From positions 1 to 64,000 of the IMG/VR virus record IMGVR_UViG_3300010356_002872: a stretch of DNA of 64,000 bases; one strand, written 5' to 3'. Positions 47,420 through 56,958 of the stretch are shown here, piece after piece (within the stretch, counting starts at the first letter, position 1; the number at the start of each line of letters is the position of its first letter). The translations under genes were made by a program, and so were the position numbers. Source of the DNA: a virus (lineage: Duplodnaviria; Caudoviricetes). The notes under the pieces are model-generated. The model did not search any database and was not told the DNA's origin. It worked only from the letters and a program-made list of their open reading frames with translations.

Positions 47420-47746
47420 ATGACTGAAGAAAACAAAGCCCCAGAAGAAGAGAGAGCGCCAGCAGATTTGCAGTCCATCACAAAAGACTTTTTTACAAAA
47501 CTCTTTGATATGGAAGCACGCGTGAAGCGGCTTGAGGACACCTACAACTTGGTTAACTCCGGCCCCATGAAGGTGGTCGGTATCCTTCTTAAAAAGGAAC
47601 ACTTTCATGCAGCCCTTGACGTCTTCGACGGGGCCATCGCAGAAGGAGACCGGGTACTTAACGAGATCGGTGAGATCAGGGACATCCTGCGGTCGCTTGA
47701 ATCCCAGTCCACAGACTTCCTTAAGAAGCTTGCGGAGGGGCGTTGA
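47420..47746 (+). CDS. Hypothetical coiled-coil protein
   Basis: GAGG RBS. Confidence 0.55.
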   Translation: MTEENKAPEEERAPADLQSITKDFFTKLFDMEARVKRLEDTYNLVNSGPMKVVGILLKKEHFHAALDVFDGAIAEGDRVLNEIGEIRDILRSLESQSTDFLKKLAEGR

Positions 47747-48087
47747 TGAAGGCGGTTTTGATCTTAAAACCGCACGTCCTAAGAAACAAAGAACTCGGTG
47801 CTGCGATCTCAAGGGCTGAAGGTCTTGGTTTTAATGTCATAGAGATAATGTCTCTCGTGGTGAAGGACGACGACCTATACGAGGCCTACAGCCGTCTTGG
47901 TGATTATCCAGGAAAGCCTGAGCTCGACTCATACCGCGGCGGTTCTTCGGCGGTTCTTTATCTCACCATAAACGACAGTTCTGCCCAAGAAGCTGTGCCC
48001 GCACTGTCGGGGGCCTTAAGAAAGCACCCTCACCTTTTTGTTAAAGACAATCCTGAGTTCTTACAGTTTTGGTTTGGAAAGGGATAG
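47743..48087 (+). CDS. Degenerate nucleoside diphosphate kinase-like protein
   Basis: LILKP......G..ISR....GF N-terminus and C-terminal FWF; no H(G/A)SD motif. Confidence 0.55.
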   Translation: MMKAVLILKPHVLRNKELGAAISRAEGLGFNVIEIMSLVVKDDDLYEAYSRLGDYPGKPELDSYRGGSSAVLYLTINDSSAQEAVPALSGALRKHPHLFVKDNPEFLQFWFGKG

Positions 48088-48090
48088 CCT

Positions 48091-48480
48091 GTGAAGATTG
48101 AGCTTGACCCCTCGATCGTCGCTGCCTTGGAGGACCGGGAGGATGTCCAGGGTTTTGTAAACGGCGTGATGGCGGCTTACCTTCACAACCAATTCATCAG
48201 AAAATCTGATATCGCAGGAGTGGCGGTTACAAACAAGATGTATCGAAAGTACTCTGTCGAGGCAAATCAGGTCTTTGACACGATTACGGACCAGTTTGTA
48301 GGCGTAGCGGTAGAGAGCGAGAAGGTGGGCGATGTGGCGTTCATCCCTAACGAGCGGCTTTTCGAGCTTCTTCAAAAACACCAGGTTGTTCTTGTGATGA
48401 ATAGCCCACGGTCAAAAGAAGTTCCCGTGGAAGAGTCCTCAGGGTGGTTTATTAAGCTTCAAAACGAAGAATACGTTTAA
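48091..48480 (+). CDS. Hypothetical protein
   Basis: 129 aa ORF. Confidence 0.55.
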   Translation: MKIELDPSIVAALEDREDVQGFVNGVMAAYLHNQFIRKSDIAGVAVTNKMYRKYSVEANQVFDTITDQFVGVAVESEKVGDVAFIPNERLFELLQKHQVVLVMNSPRSKEVPVEESSGWFIKLQNEEYV

Positions 48481-48483
48481 TTT

Positions 48484-48492
48484 GGTATAAGA
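48484..48492 (+). promoter_or_regulatory. GGTATAAGA promoter
   Basis: Recurrent motif. Confidence 0.7.
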
Positions 48493-48546
48493 TTTTTGAG
48501 GTGCGCAGAGTAACCTCGCGGAAAAACATTTAAAGGAAATACAGTC

Positions 48547-49788
48547 ATGCACGATTTGAAGTACGGGCCCTATAGCCCATCTCGCCTTGATACTGGAATT
48601 TGTGGTTACTCCTTTTATCACCAATATGTTGCCCCAACAGAAGAGACTAAAAGAAAAGAAGGTCTTGCTCAAGCAAGGGGATCTGCTGTTCATGAAGTTT
48701 TTGAACAGATAACAGAGCGACTTAAGGTAGGCGAGCAGTCTTTTTCCCCCAGCTGGGTCAGAGAGCTTGTTGTTAGTGCGGTAAACCGGCATCCGGCTGC
48801 TTACGAGGAGCTTGAGGCTATTCTTAACATGGCGAGGCTTTACATCGACCGCCCGCCCCGGAGTCTTGTCTCTGATGCAGGAGTTGAGTTAAGGCTTGCT
48901 GTAAAGCTTGAGCAGGGTACGGATGAGCTAATGCCAGATCTTGGGTTTACCTTTGTCGAGTGCGACTACGACGACCCCAAGGCATTTGCCAGGGGCCGTG
49001 CCGATATCTTCATGGTGTCTGATGATACCACTGAGGCTACGATATTCGATCACAAAACTCAGCCAAACGTGGAGGAGGCTGACACGTTTCAGATGGGGTT
49101 TTACGCTTGGGTTATTTTCAAAACGCATCCGTTTTTAAACACCATCAAGACCACCCTTCACTTTGCAAGGTATGGCTTTTACTCTGCCCCATACGTCTGG
49201 AGAAGAGAAGACCTCTTTAAAATCCAAGATGAGATCCTAGCCAGGGTACAGTCCATCGAGACTAGATCTGACTGGGTAGCAACCCCGAACAATAAGTGCC
49301 AATATTGCCCTCTTCTCCACAAGTGCCCCGCTATGAAGGAATTTGTCGAGGTGGAGGGAGACAGCGTCCACGTGAAGTCTGAAGGTCTTATGATTCTTGG
49401 GGACCACAATAAAGCCGTGCGTGTGGCAGGCCTTGTGAACATCCTTGAAGACGTTTTAAAGACTGCCAAGGCTAACCTAAAGGATTACTGTAAGACCTAT
49501 GAGTCTAAGGTAGCAATCCACGGGAAGGTCTACGAGTTTAGGGCAAGCGAGCCCAAGGTAGACTGGGACAAAGTCAACAAGGTACCAAAGCGCGGGCCAG
49601 ATCCGGGGTACCGAGAGAAAATGTACAGCATCTTTGAAAAGCACGGTGTCGACCCAAAGAGGTTCATGGGCTTTAGCTCAACGTTTTCAAATAGCATTTG
49701 GCTCTTAGAAAATGAGGCTCTGGTCAGAGAACTCGGTGAGGTCTTACCAAAAACAATTGACACAACATTTAGTGGATACAAGGTCTAG
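48547..49788 (+). CDS. PD-(D/E)XK RecB/Cas4-like exonuclease
   Basis: YSPSRL...C, G..VH..FE, G.AD, DHKT, Q...Y and C.YCP....CP motifs. Confidence 0.85.
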   Translation: MHDLKYGPYSPSRLDTGICGYSFYHQYVAPTEETKRKEGLAQARGSAVHEVFEQITERLKVGEQSFSPSWVRELVVSAVNRHPAAYEELEAILNMARLYIDRPPRSLVSDAGVELRLAVKLEQGTDELMPDLGFTFVECDYDDPKAFARGRADIFMVSDDTTEATIFDHKTQPNVEEADTFQMGFYAWVIFKTHPFLNTIKTTLHFARYGFYSAPYVWRREDLFKIQDEILARVQSIETRSDWVATPNNKCQYCPLLHKCPAMKEFVEVEGDSVHVKSEGLMILGDHNKAVRVAGLVNILEDVLKTAKANLKDYCKTYESKVAIHGKVYEFRASEPKVDWDKVNKVPKRGPDPGYREKMYSIFEKHGVDPKRFMGFSSTFSNSIWLLENEALVRELGEVLPKTIDTTFSGYKV

Positions 49789-49792
49789 CAGC

Positions 49793-50098
49793 ATGGAGAT
49801 TATAAACATTTCAAGTAAGTCCCTAACCAGGGATGAGAGAATGCCGCATGTTTTCTTTTATGAAGCTTTTTTAGAGGACATCGGCGAGGCATACTGCCTT
49901 AACGGTATGATGGATAAGATCAAAGTGTGCGACGGGACGGAGACGTCCCCTCATACTTTGAGAGTACCGATATTCTTCCTTGACTCGGCACGATTAAAGA
50001 AGTTTGATCAGTACTGGTCAGGGTTTCAGGATAGTACTAAGTTTGAGGTTATCGACGGACCAGAAAAAGGATACGTTGGTTACTTTAGATACGCATAG
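49793..50098 (+). CDS. Hypothetical protein
   Basis: ATG at 49793. Confidence 0.5.
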   Translation: MEIINISSKSLTRDERMPHVFFYEAFLEDIGEAYCLNGMMDKIKVCDGTETSPHTLRVPIFFLDSARLKKFDQYWSGFQDSTKFEVIDGPEKGYVGYFRYA

Positions 50099-50125
50099 CC
50101 TGACTATAACTTTACCGGAGACCTC

Positions 50126-50566
50126 ATGAATTGGATAAGCGAGATCGAGTACGATTTTAGATATGAGTGCGAGGATGGGCACGAAAGTCTTTATCAGATG
50201 AAGGCTTCTGAGCACAACCCAGAAGAAAAGGCTGAGTGTTTGACCTGCGGTAAACCCGCAGGCTACACTTCTTTTTTACCTATTGAGCTTAATATGGTTA
50301 CCAAGGTCTCCTTCGACAAAAACGGGATCAAGGCGTACCGAATTTCTGACGGCAAGGGTGGCGTGACCCACATCTCCCAGACCAAATATAATTACCTCCA
50401 GACCGGTAAAATCGAGCACGCGCACACGGACTCGCACAGAAAGATGCTTTTAGAGCAAGAAGAGAGATACCAGCATCTTCTTAGGAGCGATACAGGCCCA
50501 GGTCATGGTAAAGTTAAAAAGTTTACAGGATTTAAATCAGCCAAGAAATCGGAGGCGTCCCTATGA
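50126..50566 (+). CDS. FmdB-like zinc-ribbon protein
   Basis: Y.CEDGH......C..CG. Confidence 0.6.
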   Translation: MNWISEIEYDFRYECEDGHESLYQMKASEHNPEEKAECLTCGKPAGYTSFLPIELNMVTKVSFDKNGIKAYRISDGKGGVTHISQTKYNYLQTGKIEHAHTDSHRKMLLEQEERYQHLLRSDTGPGHGKVKKFTGFKSAKKSEASL

Positions 50567-50931
50567 AGATCGCAGGTGTAGGTACAGAGAAGCATAACAA
50601 GGGCCAGGCGATTGAGCTTAAGCCAGTGGAGAAAGTACCGCACGCAGTACGTATGGCTCTGGCAGAGCACGACCCAGACTTTTCGATCTCAGTTAAAGAG
50701 ATCAAATTAGGGCCCACTAGGTTTACCCCGGGTGGAGATCTTCTTAAGAAGAAGTACCAAAACAACCGCTACTTCTCTGAGGGGACCGGCACATTTCGTT
50801 ATATAAGAAAGTCCACAAACACCTACTTAGGCGAGAAAGAACGATCCTTTAAGATTGAGTTCTGCGACTGTCTTGATGGGCACGGTCTTCCCGAGCTTAA
50901 AGTTGAGAAGTTTGATTTGAAGCCACTTTGA
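50563..50931 (+). CDS. Hypothetical protein
   Basis: GGAGG RBS, ATGA coupling. Confidence 0.6.
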   Translation: MKIAGVGTEKHNKGQAIELKPVEKVPHAVRMALAEHDPDFSISVKEIKLGPTRFTPGGDLLKKKYQNNRYFSEGTGTFRYIRKSTNTYLGEKERSFKIEFCDCLDGHGLPELKVEKFDLKPL

Positions 50932-50949
50932 ATTTTCTGGTAAAATAGG

Positions 50950-51037
50950 GTTGTAACCTACATCCCTGGTTGCACCACGTTTTCGTTATTTCTCCTGTGT
51001 AGAAAGCCCCTGCAGCGTTGTGGGGGCTTTTTATTTT
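50950..51037 (+). ncRNA. Candidate small RNA (promoter, 5' hairpin, CU-rich linker, terminator)
   Basis: TTGAAG-N18-TAAAAT with extended TG; terminator AAAGCCCCTGCAGCGTTGTGGGGGCTTTTT. Confidence 0.4.
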
Positions 51038-51105
51038 CCCTCCTCAAAATCTCCCATCTTCTTGTTATAAGAAAAATAGAGCAACGATTTATATATGTTA
51101 CGTCT

Positions 51106-51429
51106 ATGGAGGGGTACGTGAAAAAGCTGTTTCCACGGTTTCGGAAGTTGAAGTTCGCACAAGGATACGTGATTAGCGTTCGCTGGTTTTCTCGGTTTGT
51201 GGACATCCTCTCTTCAAAAGAAGGATTTCATTTTGTGCAATATGGTTCTGTCGGTAAGCCGACAAAATTTGTGTGCCGTGTAGTGGCGTCAGCAAAAAGA
51301 CCGCCGATGTTTCTTTATTCGGACCGCTGGTCCATTTACTACAAATCTAAAAATTTAATAGCCGGGGAAGGCAAGAAGCCTTTTGACCTGTCTAAGCTAT
51401 GGAAGGGAGCCAGGCATGGGGTTTGCTAA
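51106..51429 (+). CDS. Hypothetical basic protein
   Basis: Follows the variant motif GTTATAAGA at 51064. Confidence 0.5.
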   Translation: MEGYVKKLFPRFRKLKFAQGYVISVRWFSRFVDILSSKEGFHFVQYGSVGKPTKFVCRVVASAKRPPMFLYSDRWSIYYKSKNLIAGEGKKPFDLSKLWKGARHGVC

Positions 51430-52507
51430 GAAAGCTCAGGATTACGAAGAGAAAGAGAGGCAGCTTGATGAGTGGATGTATAACACCGGGGACGGAATTC
51501 TCGGTGGGTGGTGCTTTGAAGAGATCCCCCAGGAGTGCGTTCAGTTTTGCATCGATCAATTTGCCAGATTTAAGATCCCCCTTACGCCAGAGATGGAGAG
51601 TGTCATCCACGTCGCGGGGGCGCGTGCTTTCTACCTTCTCGATGTGTTCGACCCCTACGCCATGTTTTTTGGCATCAGCGATGTTAACGTTACAGATGAT
51701 TGGGCAAACGTAACTTACAAGATATTTGACGTTCGCGGTGTGAGCACGTCTTCTCATGAGCCAGACCCTCATGAGGTCGAGAGTTTTGTTTTTATGCCTG
51801 GCCAGGCGGAGGAGACGTTCAGGAACCTCATAGCAAGGCCCGGCCTCGACGCGCTCGACGGTATTCATGGGCACGGGTCTACCCTGAGAGATATGCTCTT
51901 TGATGAGGACTGGCACCAGCACCCTCTAAGCATGATCACGAGTGAAGCCAGGCGGGCTCTTGAGTTTTATTGTCAGGTACCTACAGAAGACGGTACGGTT
52001 AAGATCAATGACACCAAGATGAACGCTTACTTCGAGCTTGCCGCGTGGGCGGCTTATGTTTGGCTTATTGGCCCGCACAGCCGTAGTTACCGGTGCTACC
52101 ACCATGAGGTGATCGGGACCGCTGTGGCAGATGGGGAGTGCATTCTGTCAAGTGGCATGATCATTTCTCCGAAGTACTACACGAAGATCGACCGGCCCCC
52201 GCTCAGTTGTCATAAGTGTGGGGTTCAGACGTGGTGTGTTGAGCACACTCAGATCATGTCCCACTCGGCATACATCTGCGAGGCGTGCTTAAACTTTGAC
52301 ATACCGCTTTCGAGGTTTTCAAACTGCGGTACGAAGTTCTGTCACTTCAACATTTGCCCAAATCATCCAAACTATGCCTATGGTACGGAAGGCCGCTATA
52401 TGACATACCGTCAGCAGGGTCAGCTTATCGCCATGGCAAGAAACGAGATGGTCACTCAAGTGATGGGTGCTCCGGACAAGAAACTCCTTGGCCCAGCCCG
52501 TTTTTAG
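51416..52507 (+). CDS. Hypothetical protein with Cys-rich C-terminus
   Basis: CHKC..C...CEAC...C....C....C; similar in layout to 21716..22282. Confidence 0.6.
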   Translation: MGFAKKAQDYEEKERQLDEWMYNTGDGILGGWCFEEIPQECVQFCIDQFARFKIPLTPEMESVIHVAGARAFYLLDVFDPYAMFFGISDVNVTDDWANVTYKIFDVRGVSTSSHEPDPHEVESFVFMPGQAEETFRNLIARPGLDALDGIHGHGSTLRDMLFDEDWHQHPLSMITSEARRALEFYCQVPTEDGTVKINDTKMNAYFELAAWAAYVWLIGPHSRSYRCYHHEVIGTAVADGECILSSGMIISPKYYTKIDRPPLSCHKCGVQTWCVEHTQIMSHSAYICEACLNFDIPLSRFSNCGTKFCHFNICPNHPNYAYGTEGRYMTYRQQGQLIAMARNEMVTQVMGAPDKKLLGPARF

Positions 52508-52568
52508 TTCCACGACTCCCCTGTAGCATGTTACCATCCCGACTGGAAACACAGGTTACGGGGGAGTA

Positions 52569-53015
52569 ATGGACATTAATCGGGTATGGCTAAGCGGGCT
52601 TGCAGTATCTCAGCCTGTCCTCACCTCAGCCAGCGGCAAGACGCCTCTTGCCAGCTTTAGTTTACAAGTCAATGAACAATATATCGACAGTCAGGGTGTA
52701 ACCAAGACTCGCTCCAACATTATTCGGATCGAGGGGCTCGGTCGCGTAGCATCGAGCATTATGGAAAAGGTCCATAACGGCGTTCGCTACAGCATCGAGG
52801 GGTACATTCGGCAGGATATATTTTCACGATCCAACCATAACAAAGAAGAGACCAGTGAGTACTTCAAGGTACGTGTGTTTTCTGTTTCAAAAGACGGAAG
52901 CGGAGACGGAGCACAGTACGATGAAGGGCTTAGGCAGGCTCTCAGCCTTCTTGAAAAAAGCCGCGATAAGGAAGCAGCTCTGGAATCACTTCGGAGGCTC
53001 CTCGCGGTAAGATAA
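52569..53015 (+). CDS. ssb: Single-stranded DNA-binding protein
   Basis: INRV.L.G....P.......ASFSL.VN OB-fold pattern; IEG.I. Confidence 0.75.
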   Translation: MDINRVWLSGLAVSQPVLTSASGKTPLASFSLQVNEQYIDSQGVTKTRSNIIRIEGLGRVASSIMEKVHNGVRYSIEGYIRQDIFSRSNHNKEETSEYFKVRVFSVSKDGSGDGAQYDEGLRQALSLLEKSRDKEAALESLRRLLAVR

Positions 53016-53032
53016 CCACGCGCGAGGAAAAA

Positions 53033-53701
53033 ATGGACCCCAAAAAGCATTTTGACTCCTACCGGGCGTCCGTCCTGAAGGACGTCCTGGCGGGATCAGT
53101 TGAGTTCTCAAAGACAATCCCCTCCATAGACCCTGAGGCTCCTGGCAGCTCGTTCTATCATATGAACACTGCCGTAACCTACATTAAAGACTGCATTTCT
53201 GGCGGGCATCGAGAGATCTACAAGACGTGGGTGGTGAAGCACCAGGCCATGATGCTGCACCTTCTTAACAAGATGGCGGCAACCGTACTCGGGGAGGGTA
53301 GGCCTACCCCGGATCAGGTGTTTGACCTTATCCACCAGAGGGGATGGTCTTGGTTTAAGTTCTCATCCCACGCCTGTCAGCTTAACATGACTTTTGACAT
53401 GAAGGACGGGCCTCTGCCGGTTAAGGTGGTTTGGGTACCTCGCTACGACAGCCAGTGGAAGAAAGACTGGACGGAGCCCGGTACTGCAACCTTCGACGCC
53501 GGTGAACTGGCCATGATATGGAAGAGTACCCCACCGCCTGCGGAGGTTATCCACCCTGTCATACTGTTTAAGCTAAAGAACCAAGGGCATCGGATTGTGG
53601 AAGCGAGTCTAACGGACCGGGATATAGGGGTGACCTACAAACCTATAGAAAACATCAACACCACAGATGAAGTGGTTGATTGGTCTCTTCCTCTGTTTTA
53701 A
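53033..53701 (+). CDS. Hypothetical protein
   Basis: GAGG RBS. Confidence 0.6.
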   Translation: MDPKKHFDSYRASVLKDVLAGSVEFSKTIPSIDPEAPGSSFYHMNTAVTYIKDCISGGHREIYKTWVVKHQAMMLHLLNKMAATVLGEGRPTPDQVFDLIHQRGWSWFKFSSHACQLNMTFDMKDGPLPVKVVWVPRYDSQWKKDWTEPGTATFDAGELAMIWKSTPPPAEVIHPVILFKLKNQGHRIVEASLTDRDIGVTYKPIENINTTDEVVDWSLPLF

Positions 53702-53735
53702 AGTAATTGGTGGAAACACAGATAAGGGGAATACA

Positions 53736-54254
53736 GTGCGCACGGAAAACGAATTAAATAGCCTTCTAAGCAGAGAGCTAAAAAAAGTCGAACAGCTCCA
53801 CGGCACGGTCTCCCTGAAAACCTCCGACCGCTTTCAGGTCGGTATCAGTGACTTCCTTATCTGGCACAACGATACCAGCATCGGTATCGAGAGTAAGTTC
53901 ACAAAGTCCCTTCCCAAAAAAGATGGTCTTGTTCTAAGCCGACCCTTTACAGGTCCGCAGCGCACCTGGCTCAGCCGCATGAGCAGGACTGGGTGCGGTG
54001 GTTTTGGTCTTGTTGGGATTGATTCCCTGAAGACAGCATACGTGTTTCACCGTGCTCATATCCCAGAAAGCGGAAACTGGACAAAGTCTGAGTTTGAGAA
54101 AGCTCTCTCATGGGCTTTGCCACTTTCCCTTAAAGGACAGGATAGCCTGCACGTTCGGCTTATCGAGCTTTTAAATACTCTCGTTCTTTATAGGAGCGAG
54201 GAGCATTTTAAAAATTATATCCTTTCACTTAACGAGGACGACGATGACAAGTAG
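53736..54254 (+). CDS. PD-(D/E)XK nuclease (VRR-NUC/Holliday-junction resolvase-like)
   Basis: E......GISD.......IESK.......Q..WL; GTG start at 53736. Confidence 0.65.
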   Translation: MRTENELNSLLSRELKKVEQLHGTVSLKTSDRFQVGISDFLIWHNDTSIGIESKFTKSLPKKDGLVLSRPFTGPQRTWLSRMSRTGCGGFGLVGIDSLKTAYVFHRAHIPESGNWTKSEFEKALSWALPLSLKGQDSLHVRLIELLNTLVLYRSEEHFKNYILSLNEDDDDK

Positions 54255-54702
54255 TAATCTTTACGCCGACATCTTTAAAACAAAGGAAGAGGACGTTAAG
54301 ACGTTTGCCGATGTTATCAAAGTCGAGAGGGAGTCTAGCGAGGACCCGCTTGGCTTAGGCGGCCAGGAGAGGATTAAGGCTCCAGAGTTTGTAAAGCAGG
54401 AAAGCGGCTTTCTTACGATTGAGCACGGATGGCACCACGAAGATTACGTATGGCATGTGTCCGTCAAAAAGCCAAGAACGTGGAAGGTAAGCCCCGACCG
54501 GGTAATCTATGCGTTTGCAAAGACCATGGATGAGTTCATCCCAAAGCAAATACGAGTTGATATCTTTCCGCCGTTTGGGGACTGGGACATTAAGGATTAC
54601 ACCGCAAAGGCCATCGGGTTGCGCGCGGCCTGGAACGTGCCTGCTGAGAGCATAGAAAAGATGACTATAAATCTATTCACCGTCTTAAACACGTTGGTAT
54701 GA
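54244..54702 (+). CDS. Hypothetical protein
   Basis: GAGG RBS. Confidence 0.6.
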   Translation: MTSSNLYADIFKTKEEDVKTFADVIKVERESSEDPLGLGGQERIKAPEFVKQESGFLTIEHGWHHEDYVWHVSVKKPRTWKVSPDRVIYAFAKTMDEFIPKQIRVDIFPPFGDWDIKDYTAKAIGLRAAWNVPAESIEKMTINLFTVLNTLV

Positions 54703-54995
54703 CTATGAAACTACTTACTATTTTTTTAGCTATGGCTGTGTCTGGGTGCGTTACGGTCACGCAGAGAAAACTTGAAAAAGATGTGAACCTTCTAAAGTAC
54801 AGGGTCAAAAAACTAGAAAAGCTCGTTGACCAGCTTGAGGGCGATCTCACCATTTTAAATTCGTCCCCTCCCGAATACTTTTCAATACCCATGCCGGATA
54901 CAGACCCTATCCCAAAGGTAAAGCAGGCGCCTAAGATAACCCCAAAGCCAGTGCCTCTTCCAAAGGCTCCCGCGTCGCCGATCAAAAGACCTTAA
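54699..54995 (+). CDS. Small lipoprotein with coiled coil and Pro-rich tail
   Basis: Lipobox VSGC. Confidence 0.6.
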   Translation: MTMKLLTIFLAMAVSGCVTVTQRKLEKDVNLLKYRVKKLEKLVDQLEGDLTILNSSPPEYFSIPMPDTDPIPKVKQAPKITPKPVPLPKAPASPIKRP

Positions 54996-55045
54996 AATAA
55001 CAAGACCTCTGGGTATAAGCCTCTTGGGTAACGTGGGATCTATAT

Positions 55046-56931
55046 ATGCAAGAGGAAATCAATAAAGTAGCTGAAGAGATGGCACGCGAGAGGAGACGGC
55101 GCACGTCGCTTGCGCGGGAGACCCTAGCGGGTGCATCTTTGAAGCTTCTTGTCACGATTCTCCCAAGCCCGGCAGATCTTAGACGGATGGCAGCATACGT
55201 CAACGTAGATAAGATCAAGTCGACAGAAGACCCCCGCGAGCTCTCATCTCACTTCAGTGAGGTTGAGCAAGCTCTTAACTTAATGGCGAGTACTTTGGAG
55301 GTGTTTCATGAAGGAGAAAGAGGAGTACCTGGTGCTGAGCACACTTTACCCAGGGAAAATGATGTGCTTTCATTGCGGGGGAACGGAGACGATAAAATAT
55401 CCAGCCTGCCTTGATTTTGTTGCAGGCGTTATGAAGGTTTTTGCCAGGATCCACCGTAAATGCAAAGAGACAGCCAGTGGAAAAGAGCTTCGAGAGTGGC
55501 ATAGAAAAGAGTACGAGAAATTCAAACTAGACCAAGCCGAGAGGGAAAAAGAAAGTGGTTCAGTACCAGATCAGGTTGACGGAGAGCGGGAAGGTCGAAC
55601 TAACGAAGATGATCCTTCGGGACGGAGTGATCTGTGACAGTGCAGCCGCGTCATATGACTCCTATGAGCAAGCACTGGAGGAAATCCCCGACCGGTACGA
55701 AGCGAGAAGAAAGGGGGACATCGAGGTATGGACGATTCCCTGTTTGAGAAGTGCAAGATAGGCCCTTGTCAAAAAGAGCCGCTTACGGGGAACGCCATGT
55801 GCAAAGAGCACTGGATGATGGTTCCTTGGCAGATGCGCCGTTACATCAGTAAGTATTTAAGAAAAAATGACATGATGAAAAACAGTCTTTGGGAGCAGCT
55901 TATGGCAGAAGCTTGCTGGCACGTCCGGGGGCTTCTTAAAAAACCAAAAGTACCCCCACCACGAGAAGAACCACCAGGAGGATTTAAATGGTAAAGGAAA
56001 GAAGAGAGGGATTTAAGATCCCAGCGTCGTATGTGTGCCCTACGTGTAAGACAGAATACGAGACTAAGAAAGAGGCTGAGAACTGTTACAGGTATAATTT
56101 TGAGGTCTTTAAAAAAGGAGATATCATTTTGTGGGGAAATACCCCCTATACTCTACGTTACGACTTAAGTAACGAGGGATCAGATGCTTGTTTTGTGCTT
56201 GATAAGCATGTTCCCCTAGCGATAGCAATGGGGTGCATCGACGTGAAGAAGCAGTCGTGGGCGCCTTTATATAGGTGCTTTTGTAAAGGCGCACCGATCA
56301 GACGGTTTGACCTTGAAAAGGCAAAGGCTAAGCTCAAGTATTACAAACAAGCGGTCAAGACGCTGGAAGGTGTTTTAAATGGAAATAAAAGTTGTTGATG
56401 TGTCTGCTGCCGATTTCGCTTTTCCAGCTGGGGTAATTGGAAAATACTTGCCTGAGACGGAGGATATCCCAAAGGAGTTCAAGGGGTCGAAGGAACACCG
56501 CTACTGGGAAGGACTGGTGTCAGGTCTTTTTTACGGTAGCCCGAGAAATAAAGACCTGCAGCTTTACCCAAAGGAGGGGATAGACCCTGCGAAGGCGTAT
56601 CGCATGATTAACGCGTGCCTTAGGTCATTCCAGCCAAAGCATGAACATAAAATGCTCGGAGTGTCCTTCCTGTTCCACTCGTTTTTTGAAAAATATGACT
56701 ACAAGGAGGTAGAGGGTGAAGGAGTCAGTCCTTGATAAAGCGATGTTCATCAAAGTTTGCCCGTCACGAGAGCACCCAGGGTTTTATGAAGGGATCGCTA
56801 CATTTGGATACAAGACTTACCCGCCGGTGTACGCGAGAGACAAAGAGAAAGCAGTAGCGTTTGCCGTGCAGACACTCGGAGAAGAGCTCCTTAACAAAGC
56901 CTGCAGCTACCGACAACCACTTCCCCCGTAA
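55046..56931 (+). CDS. Run of small coupled hypothetical genes (55046-55414, 55308-55637, 55555-55761, 55728-55994, 55988-56398, 56379-56735, 56716-56931)
   Basis: Overlapping plus-strand ORFs with RBSs, downstream of the variant promoter GGTATAAGC at 55012. Confidence 0.5.
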
Positions 56932-56948
56932 CTGGGGGTTTTTATTTT
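56922..56948 (+). terminator. Rho-independent terminator
   Basis: CCCCCG-TAAC-TGGGGG followed by a T run. Confidence 0.6.
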
Positions 56949-56958
56949 AGGGAACAGT

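Noticed and set aside
48547-49788. Cas4 as part of a CRISPR system
   Set aside because: A solo RecB/Cas4-like nuclease is common in phage recombination modules; no cas1/cas2 or array is present
54699-54995. o-spanin / lysis cassette
   Set aside because: It is a Pro-rich lipoprotein, but no adjacent i-spanin, holin or endolysin is recognisable
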